DNA from: an uncultured bacterium | GTDB taxonomy: Bacteria; JAJVIF01; JAPKYR01 | Assembly: GCA_965370205.1 (NCBI GenBank) | Contig: CBDUUJ010000002.1 | Location: forward strand, 1 to 34,945 | Length of the DNA stretch: 34,945 nucleotides | Direction of reading: 5' to 3' | In this document: positions 25,578 to 33,142 of the stretch, one piece after another | How the letters are laid out: each line of letters opens with the position of its first letter | Numbering within the stretch: position 1 is the first letter of the stretch | Translations under genes and position numbers: made by a program | Notes under the pieces: generated by a model | Database searches by the model: none | Seen by the model: the letters and a program-made list of their open reading frames with translations, nothing else | What the model was told of the DNA's origin: nothing

Positions 25578-26324
25578 TCAGATTGAAATTTCCACATCGG
25601 ATGCTGCCACACTTAATTCCGGCGTTCCGGTAACCATGACGGTTATATTGTAAATTCCCGGCGAAAGCCCGTCCTCGGAAACGGGCACGGTGATCTCATG
25701 AGGCCATGTCTGGCCCGGTGTGATGTCCAGGCTGTTTACCACCTGGGCAAATCGAATCCCTCTCGACCATTGATACACCACATTTCCTGCAGCGTCCGTG
25801 AATAGCGCGTCCAGTTTCTGGGAGTTCGCAAAAACTATGCTTTGAGCTTCAGCAGTGTTATTCACAATGGTGCACTGGATATCCAGCGAATCGGCTACAT
25901 GGATTGAAATCCCGTCCGTCAATGTGACCGGCTCATCGACACCGCTTAAACTGACCACGAGTGCGAGTTCTCCGACGGGAACTTCATCGCTTCCCTCGGC
26001 AGGTTCCGCAGACGGCGCGAGAGGCTTTTCCTGTGTAGGTGTAAACGGCTCATCAGTAGAATCGGTGTCTGTTATTTCCTCATCGTCGCCATTTTCAGCA
26101 TCGGCGGTTTCCTTTTCGTTATCCTCATCAATCCGGTTCATTTCATTCTCCTCAACAGCCTGATCGACCCCGGTAAGCCCGGTATCATTATTCGAGGGGG
26201 TGTCGCTTTCATCGGTTTGAGTGTCGGTACTGTCCCCAATGCATCCTAAAAATGAGATAATGCAGATTACCGAGAGAACAAGGATCAATAAATTCATGCG
26301 TGTCGTTATTTTAAATCGTGTCAT
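25578..26324 (-). CDS. Lipoprotein with an acidic linker and a C-terminal BsuPI-like (intracellular proteinase inhibitor fold) domain
   Basis: Signal and lipobox: LILVLSVICIISFLGC. A D/E/T-rich linker follows. The C-terminus LDIQCTIVNNTAEAQSIVFANSQKLDALFTDAAGNVVYQWSRGIRFAQVVNSLDITPGQTW...PGIYNITVMVTG follows the pattern I recall from B. subtilis Ipi (N.S...F.F..GQK....D.....Y..S....F.Q....L..GET...PG.Y.V.V). Confidence 0.6.
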   Translation of the reverse strand: MTRFKITTRMNLLILVLSVICIISFLGCIGDSTDTQTDESDTPSNNDTGLTGVDQAVEENEMNRIDEDNEKETADAENGDDEEITDTDSTDEPFTPTQEKPLAPSAEPAEGSDEVPVGELALVVSLSGVDEPVTLTDGISIHVADSLDIQCTIVNNTAEAQSIVFANSQKLDALFTDAAGNVVYQWSRGIRFAQVVNSLDITPGQTWPHEITVPVSEDGLSPGIYNITVMVTGTPELSVAASDVEISI

Positions 26325-26478
26325 TCCATTGCCTCGCTTGTGTCGACACTTGATTGGAATAAAGCATTTATTTTATCAGACTTAGGAGCATTTAGCCCTG
26401 GTTCGACTGGTTTTAATATCGCCATCCAGCCCACATCGGGATACTCCCGACCCGAACGGCCTGCCCCTTGGACTCTGC

Positions 26479-27711
26479 ATGCTCGCGGCGGTGTCGAGAG
26501 AACTTGCCGATGTGGAAATAATCGACTCGTATTCCCACGCGCTTTCCATTGATGGAACCGTATCGGCCGCACTCCAATTCAAACCGGATATTGTCGGGAT
26601 CGGGATGCCGTTTTCATTCAGCGCCGGACCGGGTCTCACAATTGCCGAACGTATTAAGTCCGAGCGCATCAGGTCTGAACACAGCGATGTAAAAATAATT
26701 GCCGGCGGTATCCAGGCGACACTGAACGCGGATCGAATCATAAAAAATCCCGCTGTCGATGCTGTCGCGCTGGGAGAGTCGGAGCTGACTATAGTCGATT
26801 TGCTGAAGAGATTTACAAAAGGCGGATGGAATGAAATTATCGATGATCCACCGTCGGGATTGATGACAGTTGATCCGAACGGGAAGGTTACAATAGAACG
26901 AAGACCGTTCATCGACGATCTCGACCTCCTCCCGATGCCGGCGTTCGATCTGCTGCCGGGGTTCCCCGAAAAATACGCGGCAAGAATTCTTACATCGCGA
27001 GGCTGCAAATTCCGATGCCCCTACTGCGCGTCGGCGGCATACTGGGGACATTCATATCGTATACATTCACCGAAACGCGTCCTCGACGAAATCCAAAATC
27101 TCAGAGACCGTTTTGGAATCCGTCGCGTGAGTTTCTCCGACGACACGTTCAACCTGGATCGGAGCAGGGCAGGAGAGATCGCTGTCTTATTGAAAGAAGC
27201 GAATACAGGTGTCGAATGGGGAGCGAGCTGCCGTCCGGAACTTCTGAGCGAGGATGATCTCCGGCTCTACGCAGGCGCTGGAATGACCGGGCTTTTCCTC
27301 GGGCTTGAATCGGGATCTTCTGCAATTCTGAAAAAAATCAGCCGCGCACACGATCTTGAAAAGACGCGCGACCTTGTCGGGCTTGCAGTGGAGCTTGGAG
27401 TCGAGGTACACGCGTCGTTCATGATCGGACTTCCGGATGAGCGGGACGAGGATATCGAGATGACCCTGGAATACGCGCGGAACCTTCCGGCGAGCACATT
27501 GGGCTTTCACATTTTCCATCCATTGCCGGGAAGCGAGTACGGGGAACATCCCGACAAATACGGAATAGAGTGGGAGCTGTCCGATTCCCAACTGGAAAGC
27601 ATCGGAGCGATAGACAGCGTCGCACCGATCAGAACGAAACATCTAAGCCCGATGCGTATTCTGGATTACTATTACATCGCGAGAGGAATTGCAGAGAAAA
27701 GACGAAGGTAG
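26479..27711 (+). CDS. B12-binding-domain radical SAM protein (probably starts upstream at CTG 26398)
   Basis: The CxxxCxxC cluster is at SRGCKFRCPYCAS. The N-terminus looks like a B12-binding domain (DIVGIGMPFS). The frame is open back to 26386, and the upstream peptide VRLVLISPSS...PNGLPLGLC looks like the usual N-terminus of this family. Confidence 0.85.
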   Translation: MLAAVSRELADVEIIDSYSHALSIDGTVSAALQFKPDIVGIGMPFSFSAGPGLTIAERIKSERIRSEHSDVKIIAGGIQATLNADRIIKNPAVDAVALGESELTIVDLLKRFTKGGWNEIIDDPPSGLMTVDPNGKVTIERRPFIDDLDLLPMPAFDLLPGFPEKYAARILTSRGCKFRCPYCASAAYWGHSYRIHSPKRVLDEIQNLRDRFGIRRVSFSDDTFNLDRSRAGEIAVLLKEANTGVEWGASCRPELLSEDDLRLYAGAGMTGLFLGLESGSSAILKKISRAHDLEKTRDLVGLAVELGVEVHASFMIGLPDERDEDIEMTLEYARNLPASTLGFHIFHPLPGSEYGEHPDKYGIEWELSDSQLESIGAIDSVAPIRTKHLSPMRILDYYYIARGIAEKRRR

Positions 27712-27792
27712 CTGCCATCGGGGACAGGCTGCGAAGACTCCGCTTGTCCCCGGCACCCGGGAGGAGTCTGTCTCAGAATTATGTTTCCTACT

Positions 27793-28104
27793 GTAGCGCG
27801 GACGTCCCGTCGGCTGTTGAAAAAAAATAATATTTCTCAATTTATCAATATATTAAATTATGCCGCCCACAAACTTAATCCTGTCTCGACCGGTTTTTTA
27901 ATAATCTACGGGTTTGTGGGTGTCCTTTTCTGGATGATTGACGATAGAAAGGACATCCACAAACCCGATGGTTATCAGGGAATTGACCACATATGCATCA
28001 AGTTTGTGGGCGGCATAGATGTGTTTCTGGTTGCTAATTATATTAGTGCGGGAATATAAGCTGTTTGATGTTAAAAATCTGATGCGCGGGACGTCCGCGC
28101 TACA
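27793..28104. repeat. Nested-palindrome intergenic element A (MITE-like, 18-bp perfect terminal inverted repeats)
   Basis: Outer pair: tgtagcgcggacgtcccg (27792-27809) / cgggacgtccgcgctaca (28087-28104). Middle pair: tatgccgcccacaaactt (27859-27876) / aagtttgtgggcggcata (28000-28017). Inner pair: cgggtttgtgggtgtccttt (27909-27928) / aaaggacatccacaaacccg (27948-27967). The 5' module is related to element B at 31514-31547. Confidence 0.6.
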
Positions 28105-28170
28105 ATATTTCCGAATTGTGAGACAACTTCAGGAGATGCAGGGCTATTGAATCTACTGGATCATGAATAA

Positions 28171-28827
28171 CTATCCCGTTCCGCCGGTGAGGAGGTCGGG
28201 GTGTTTCGTGAAGGGGTTGTGTTGTTTCTCCCGTCCGATCGTCGTGTCGGGACCGTGTCCGCAGTGGACGACAGTCTCATCGGGGAGCTTGTACAGCACT
28301 TCCACGATGGACTTCAGGAGATCGGGACCGCTCGACCGGGGGAAATCAATTCGTCCGACAGATCCCTGGAACAGTGTGTCGCCGACAAATACCAACCCTT
28401 TCCCGTAATAGAATGAAAAACCGCCCGGCGTGTGACCGGGAGTCGCGAGGGCTGAGAGTGTAATTTCACCCGCTGTGAACGTGTCGCACTCGTTGATCGG
28501 ACCATCCACCTTAAACGGACCCACTCCCCCCATGCCGGTCATCATCGCGGTGGACCCTCCAACTGACTCAAGCAGAAATTCATCCAGCGGCGACATGTAC
28601 ACGAGCGCTCCGGTCATCTCTTTCAATTTTCCGACTGCGGAGATATGGTCGAAATGCCCGTGAGTGAGCAGGATGGTGGTTTTTTCGATCCCGTGATGCT
28701 TGAGAACATGCTCGATCCGATCGTGATCCCAGCCGGGATCGATCACAAAACCCTCCTTCGTCTTTTCATCGGCGATAACGAAGCAATTTTCCTGCAGCGG
28801 TCCTGTGACAATGGTTTCGAGAATCAT
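28171..28827 (-). CDS. MBL-fold metallo-hydrolase (glyoxalase II / hydroxyacylglutathione hydrolase-like)
   Basis: It has the LLTHGHFDH metal-binding motif, later TPGHTPG and GD motifs, and a C-terminal H. At 218 aa it is the usual size for this family. Confidence 0.85.
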   Translation of the reverse strand: MILETIVTGPLQENCFVIADEKTKEGFVIDPGWDHDRIEHVLKHHGIEKTTILLTHGHFDHISAVGKLKEMTGALVYMSPLDEFLLESVGGSTAMMTGMGGVGPFKVDGPINECDTFTAGEITLSALATPGHTPGGFSFYYGKGLVFVGDTLFQGSVGRIDFPRSSGPDLLKSIVEVLYKLPDETVVHCGHGPDTTIGREKQHNPFTKHPDLLTGGTG

Positions 28828-28919
28828 GGTTATGGAAGATGCAATTCGATTTATTTACGGTGAAAGTATAGCACACGGAAATCGATTGTCGCTGTGATTG
28901 TGTGGATGAATATCCTTGG

Positions 28920-29108
28920 CAGGCGAGGATTGGCACACTATTTTTGCAGGCGGGGACTGGCACACAATTTTATCAGGCGGGGACTGGCACACAATTTTAT
29001 CAGGCGGGGACTGGCACACTATTTTTGCAGGCGGGGACTGGCATACAATTTTATCAGGCGGGGACTGGCACACAATTTTATCAGGCGGGGACTGGCACAC
29101 AATTTTGC
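28920..29108. repeat. Seven head-to-tail 27-bp repeats without spacers
   Basis: Units begin at 28920, 28947, 28974, 29001, 29028, 29055 and 29082. The consensus is caggcggggactggcacacaattttat, with the variant ...cactatttttg in units 1 and 4. An inverted, diverged copy cggcaaaattgggtgcctgtcccc lies at 29145-29168. Confidence 0.95.
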
Positions 29109-29178
29109 CGCTCCATAATTATCAGTGCATCCTTAATGTTCGTGCGGCAAAATTGGGTGCCTGTCCCCAGCCAGTACC

Positions 29179-29565
29179 TCATAGCTTTCCCTCTATACAG
29201 GTTGTATCGATGCCGCCTCGGGTGTTGTATTTCGTGGTGATTTTTATCCTGCCGGTTTTCAGGATTTCCTTCAGGTCCTCATAAATCCTTTTCGTCAACG
29301 CCTCCTGGTAGATTCCCACATTTCTGAAGGTGGCAAGGTAATACTTGAGCGACTTCAACTCGATACACAATCCGCCTTCCGGGTAATATTCGATTTTCAG
29401 ATATCCAATGTCGGGAAGTCCGCTGAACGGACACAACGCTGACAGCTCCGTGGTTTCGATCTGAATCAATTGATCGGGGGAGTCGAACTCAAATGTCTCA
29501 AGGTAATCGGTTCGTATCTCGCTTACCGGTTGTAATTCAAATATCCTGCCTTCGGGTTCCGCCAT
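29179..29565 (-). CDS. queF: NADPH-dependent 7-cyano-7-deazaguanine (preQ0) reductase, type I
   Basis: [37 protein letters not shown] and TRGGI align with B. subtilis QueF as I recall it ([37 protein letters not shown], PRGGI). I prefer the ATG at 29565, which has AAAGGAG 8 nt upstream. The track start at 29613 is a TTG. Confidence 0.9.
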   Translation of the reverse strand: MAEPEGRIFELQPVSEIRTDYLETFEFDSPDQLIQIETTELSALCPFSGLPDIGYLKIEYYPEGGLCIELKSLKYYLATFRNVGIYQEALTKRIYEDLKEILKTGRIKITTKYNTRGGIDTTCIEGKL

Positions 29566-29613
29566 GGTGATGACTCCTTTCTGCACTGCTATTGAATCGG
29601 GTATGTCACTCAA

Positions 29614-30159
29614 TCAACCCGTCGCTTCTGCATGCATATTTACCGGGACCTTCCGTCCGGTTCCCTTCCCTTTATATCTTGTGAGAATGTAACCCCAGAT
29701 TGCGCCGCCGATTATTTTCGCAAGGATCTGCGCAACTATTACTTTCCAGTCCAGACCAAAAGCAATGCCAATGAACATAATGCTGTCCACGACCGCCGAT
29801 ACCGCATTGCTTCCGTTGATTTTTACAAGCCGTGATTTTTCTCCAAGTACCCAGTAAATAACCGTGTCAGCGAGTCCCGCAGCCATGAAAGCGGCGGCGC
29901 TCGCAATTGCTACCCTGGCAGCTTCCTGATTGATAAGATAGGAAATAATCGATCCGGCGCATATCAGGAGCAGCATCTTCCACCATAATCCCCGACCATG
30001 CCAGCTCTCATGCAGCGAATCCCGCGCGGTGAGGTCGAACCCGATAAAAACCAGACAGACAGGGATAACAGCAGGGGTACCGTATTTGGCAATGATCAGA
30101 TTGGCCAGCACTGCACTTGCCAGGTAAACAAAAACCAGGATCGTGTTGGCATATCTCAT
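29614..30159 (-). CDS. VUT-family (DUF165, YhhQ-like) membrane protein, probable queuosine-precursor transporter
   Basis: The protein is polytopic. FIGFDLTARD and ARVAIASAAAFMAAGLADTVIYWVL....NGSNAVSAVVDSIMFIGIAF parallel E. coli YhhQ as I recall it (FLATDLTVR, ARIATASFMAYALGQILDVHVF...FGNVSDTLAFFFIAF). It lies directly upstream of queF. Confidence 0.7.
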   Translation of the reverse strand: MRYANTILVFVYLASAVLANLIIAKYGTPAVIPVCLVFIGFDLTARDSLHESWHGRGLWWKMLLLICAGSIISYLINQEAARVAIASAAAFMAAGLADTVIYWVLGEKSRLVKINGSNAVSAVVDSIMFIGIAFGLDWKVIVAQILAKIIGGAIWGYILTRYKGKGTGRKVPVNMHAEATG

Positions 30160-30213
30160 CCCCGTAATGTTATAGGCAGAAAGCGGTAAGAGTCAAATTA
30201 TTAAAATATTTTT

Positions 30214-31467
30214 TCAGCCCGGTATCAATCCAAATGGAAGCGATATCTGGTCCGCTCTCTGAATTTTCGCGTGAGCCATTTCCAGAAATCCGGCGCGACC
30301 GTTCACAAGGATGTATTTAAGCGACTTCCTTGAATACCGTCCCAGTTTTTTATAATCATCAATCGATTTGAGATGCCCATCGGTTCTCGCCTTGAGGATT
30401 CTTTTTGCAAAAATGGGACCGATGCCGGGAATTCTCAGGAGTTCAGTCGGTTCGCATTTTGTTATTTCGACCGGGAACAGTTCCGGATGCGCATCCGCCC
30501 ATGCCTCTTTCGGATCGGTGTCCAGATCGAAACGACCATTATCATCGAAAATAAAATCATCCAGCTTGAAACCATATTGAGCAACAAGCCTGTCGGCCTG
30601 GTACAATCTGAGCGATCTTTTGGGGTTCTCCGGAGGGCGATCCTGAAGAGGTGTTCCAGGGATCGGGTTAAAAGCGGAATAATATACTCGTCTAAAATCC
30701 AGTTCATCATATAAGTAATGCACTGCTGTCATCAGCGCTCTGTCATTCGCGCCGGGATCATCCGAGCTTCCCACGACAAACTGCGTTGTCTGACCCACCC
30801 GTCTTGGAATCTTTCCCTGCCGGCGGAGCGTTTCAATCCACTGCATCTGTTTCAGAATATTCGTCTTGATGTTCTTATTCGGAGCGATATCGCCAAGCGC
30901 GGATTCGCTGGGAGCCTCCATGTTGATACTGAGACGGTCGGCGTATTGTCCGGCGGCCTCGATCAGATCGATTGACGCACCGGGCAGGATTTTCAGGTGA
31001 AGATAACCCGGATAGAGATATTTCTCGCGAAGAATCCGCGCCGTGTCGACAATCTGTGTCATCGTGGACTTGAGATTTTTTCCGATCCCCGATGAGAGAA
31101 ACAAGCCCTCGACAAGCCCCGCTTGCGCCATTTCCATCGTGACACACGCAAGTTCGGATGGTGTCATGCTTTCGCGCTGACGGTCGGAACCCTTTCTGAA
31201 AGCGCAATACTTGCAGTTGAATTCGCAGTGGGATGTCTGCAGCACTCTCAGAACCGGCATCGGACGTCCGCAGTTGTTCACATACGACACACCGGGAATT
31301 TTCCGGGACGGGTCGGTCGGATGCGGCTCGGTGTCGATCAGATCTGAGCTTTCGCCTTTTGTTAATGCCCGGACCTGGGACGGATCAGGCTTCTGATCGG
31401 CGCAGGTGAGATCGAATACCGCACCCCGGGAGAGGTGATCGAGCTTGTTCAGACGAGAGGACGCCAT
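30214..31467 (-). CDS. Putative DNA modification/repair radical SAM protein with a C-terminal helix-hairpin-helix
   Basis: The CxxxCxxC cluster is at SHCEFNCKYCAF. The N-terminus (KLDHLSRGAVFDLTC) and the C-terminal HhH (LLRIPGIGPIFAKRILKAR) match my recollection of the TIGR03916-type family. I prefer the ATG at 31467 (MASSRLNKL...), because the 42-codon extension in the track ORF runs into palindromic element B. Confidence 0.8.
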   Translation of the reverse strand: MASSRLNKLDHLSRGAVFDLTCADQKPDPSQVRALTKGESSDLIDTEPHPTDPSRKIPGVSYVNNCGRPMPVLRVLQTSHCEFNCKYCAFRKGSDRQRESMTPSELACVTMEMAQAGLVEGLFLSSGIGKNLKSTMTQIVDTARILREKYLYPGYLHLKILPGASIDLIEAAGQYADRLSINMEAPSESALGDIAPNKNIKTNILKQMQWIETLRRQGKIPRRVGQTTQFVVGSSDDPGANDRALMTAVHYLYDELDFRRVYYSAFNPIPGTPLQDRPPENPKRSLRLYQADRLVAQYGFKLDDFIFDDNGRFDLDTDPKEAWADAHPELFPVEITKCEPTELLRIPGIGPIFAKRILKARTDGHLKSIDDYKKLGRYSRKSLKYILVNGRAGFLEMAHAKIQRADQISLPFGLIPG

Positions 31468-31510
31468 ACTTAAAGTATGTTTAGCATACGGGGAGAATAA
31501 AGTCAAATCA

Positions 31511-31718
31511 GTTGTAACACGGACATTCTTGGGGCTGTTGAAAAAACAAGTTTTTTCTGGTACCCCACCCTTTAGGGTGGGTGGAAGGCGCATGGTTACC
31601 AGGATCGCCCACCCTAAAGGGTGGGGGATTATTTTTCCATTTTTTCAACAGTCCCATTCCTGTCCGTGGTATCCTGTCGAACGGACATTCAAATTTGTCG
31701 CCGCAGTCCGTGTTACAC
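31511..31718. repeat. Nested-palindrome intergenic element B (related to element A)
   Basis: Outer pair: gttgtaacacggac (31511-31524) / gtccgtgttacac (31706-31718). Next pair: ctgttgaaaaaa (31535-31546) with its reverse complement ttttttcaacag near 31643. At the centre are two mutually inverted palindromes, cccaccctttagggtggg and cccaccctaaagggtggg. The cggac/gtccg motif occurs four times. Confidence 0.6.
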
Positions 31719-31825
31719 AGAAAAAAGTGCAACCTTTCGATGTTTTTTCCATCTTCTTGGGTGCCAGATGTTGCGAATGTCGGGCAAATCTGATTTATTG
31801 TGTCTTAATTAGACCGGAGGCGCAC

Positions 31826-32161
31826 ATGACTTACATATGGTGGATAACATGGGTAGTCGGCGGACTTGCGGTGCTTCTTCTGGCCACCCTGTTCATTACA
31901 GCATGGATGGCGAAGGAATATTTCTCGCTCAAGGGGCATTTCGATCCGACCGAGGATCTCATCGGGCAATTTGGCACGGTCAAAAGAGAGTGCACACCTC
32001 ACAAGCGTGGCAAGGTGTATGTCGCGGGCGCGTACTGGGACGCTGTCAGCGTGTTCGGCGCGCTACATGAGGGAGATGACATCAAGGTTATTGAGACGAA
32101 GGAGAAGTTTCTGATTGTAAGCAAGGTGGATTTGATTGATAATCCGACCAGTGTTACATGA
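31826..32161 (+). CDS. NfeD-family membrane protein (short form: TM plus a C-terminal OB-fold-like domain)
   Basis: The ATG at 31826 has GGAGG 5 nt upstream. The product begins MTYIWWITWVVGGLAVLLLATLFITAW (TM) and continues GQFGTVKRECTPHKRGKVYVAGAYWDAVS...GDDIKVIE. It lies directly upstream of an SPFH gene, which is the classic NfeD-stomatin pairing. The upstream part of the track ORF (31445-31825) crosses element B and is unlikely to be coding. Confidence 0.75.
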   Translation: MTYIWWITWVVGGLAVLLLATLFITAWMAKEYFSLKGHFDPTEDLIGQFGTVKRECTPHKRGKVYVAGAYWDAVSVFGALHEGDDIKVIETKEKFLIVSKVDLIDNPTSVT

Positions 32162-32223
32162 AGAAATATTTATAAAAAAAATAAATTAGCAGTTATCCCT
32201 GAAAAAGATGAGGAGTCAAGCCA

Positions 32224-32994
32224 ATGCCAACCGGAATTGTCGGTGTAGTAATCACGATTGTCGCTGTATTATTTGTAATAAGCTGGTTTATCAAGATGGC
32301 CTATCAGTTTGAGCGGATCGTTCTGTACACGCTTGGAAAATTCCAGGGTGTCCGCGGACCGGGACTTATTTTTGTCGTCCCTGTTTTTCAGACCATCCGG
32401 AAAGTCGATATCCGTGTGAACACACGCGATGTACCGTCGCAGGAAGTCATCACGCGCGATAATGTCACCATACGGGTCAACGCGGTTATTTACTTCCAGG
32501 TCATGGACCCGGACAAAGCGATCAATAATGTCCGCAACTTCCACCAGGCGACCATCCAGATCGCCCAGACCACTCTACGGAGTGTGCTCGGTGAGCATGA
32601 ACTCGATGAGCTTCTCACCGAGCGGGAGAAGATCAACCAGACCCTGCAGTCCATCATCGATTCCCAGACCGACCCGTGGGGAGTCAAGGTCAGCATGGTT
32701 GAGATCAAGGATGTCGAGCTTCCTGAAAACATGAAGCGCGCGATGGCGAAACAGGCCGAGGCCGAGCGCGAAAAGCGAGCGAAGATTATTGCCGCTGACG
32801 GTGAGTTCCAGGCGTCGCGGAAACTTGCCGATGCCGCCGATGTTATGAGCCGGAACGAGATCACTCTGCAGTTGAGGTACCTTCAGACGCTTGTGGAGAT
32901 AGCTGCTGAGAAGAATTCCACAACGATATTCCCGCTACCGATGGATCTCATCAAACCATTCCTTCAGATGGCGGAAAAAAACAAGAAAGAATAA
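32224..32994 (+). CDS. SPFH/Band 7 (stomatin-like) protein
   Basis: An N-terminal TM is followed by ERIVLYTLGKFQGVRGPGLIFVVP, TRDNVTIRVNAVIYFQV and AQTTLRSVLGEHELDELL..REKIN. A coiled-coil region AEAEREKRAKIIAADGEFQAS follows. Confidence 0.9.
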   Translation: MPTGIVGVVITIVAVLFVISWFIKMAYQFERIVLYTLGKFQGVRGPGLIFVVPVFQTIRKVDIRVNTRDVPSQEVITRDNVTIRVNAVIYFQVMDPDKAINNVRNFHQATIQIAQTTLRSVLGEHELDELLTEREKINQTLQSIIDSQTDPWGVKVSMVEIKDVELPENMKRAMAKQAEAEREKRAKIIAADGEFQASRKLADAADVMSRNEITLQLRYLQTLVEIAAEKNSTTIFPLPMDLIKPFLQMAEKNKKE

Positions 32995-33031
32995 CCGGGT
33001 TAAGACAGGTAATAAGAGAGATAATAACTGA

Positions 33032-33057
33032 CCTCACCGCATATGGTGGGGTTTTTT
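33032..33057 (+). terminator. Rho-independent terminator after the SPFH gene
   Basis: CCTCACC-gcatat-GGTGGGG (7 bp including one G-U pair) followed by TTTTTT. Confidence 0.75.
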
Positions 33058-33142
33058 CTGGTGCATCGTTTACTCAGGCAAAAAAAATGCCGGCTTGCAA
33101 ATCGGCGCATGGGGTACGTAGTTTTATTTTTCCTGGGTTGAC

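Noticed and set aside
26382-27008. 208-aa minus-strand ORF opposite the B12 radical SAM gene
   Set aside because: It is an antisense shadow ORF. The plus-strand frame carries the CxxxCxxC cluster and the B12-binding-like N-terminus.
28920-29108. Possible CRISPR array
   Set aside because: The 27-bp units are directly contiguous, with no spacers between them. There are no cas genes in the window. It is a plain tandem repeat.
28920-29168. Functional sigma-54 promoters inside the 27-bp units (TGGCAC...TTGC)
   Set aside because: The GG-to-GC distance is 12 nt in the b-type units and 11 nt in unit 7 and the inverted copy. Sigma-54 needs 10. The a-type units have TTTTAT instead of TTGC. I kept this only as a curiosity within the array finding.
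28855-29284. Track ORFs running through the tandem array (28855..29100 -, 28894..29118 +, 28902..29240 +, 28916..29284 +) with 9-aa repeats such as CQSPPDKIV and GGDWHTILS
   Set aside because: Several frames on both strands are open simply because the 27-bp unit contains no stop codons. There is no SD or sensible start, and the ORFs overlap the queF end and the MBL promoter region.
30160-30213. Possible preQ1 riboswitch in front of the YhhQ-like transporter gene
   Set aside because: On the minus strand, the 54-nt spacer (AAAAAUAUUUUAAUAAUUUGACUCUUACCGCUUUCUGCCUAUAACAUUACGGGG) has neither the short P1 hairpin nor the A-rich ..AAAAAACUA tail of preQ1-I as I remember it. A covariance-model scan would be the decisive test.
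31445-31825. N-terminal 127 codons of the 238-aa track ORF (and the 42-codon extension of the radical SAM ORF up to 31593)
   Set aside because: Both extensions read through palindromic element B on opposite strands. Good internal starts exist: ATG 31826 with GGAGG, and ATG 31467 giving the family-typical N-terminus.
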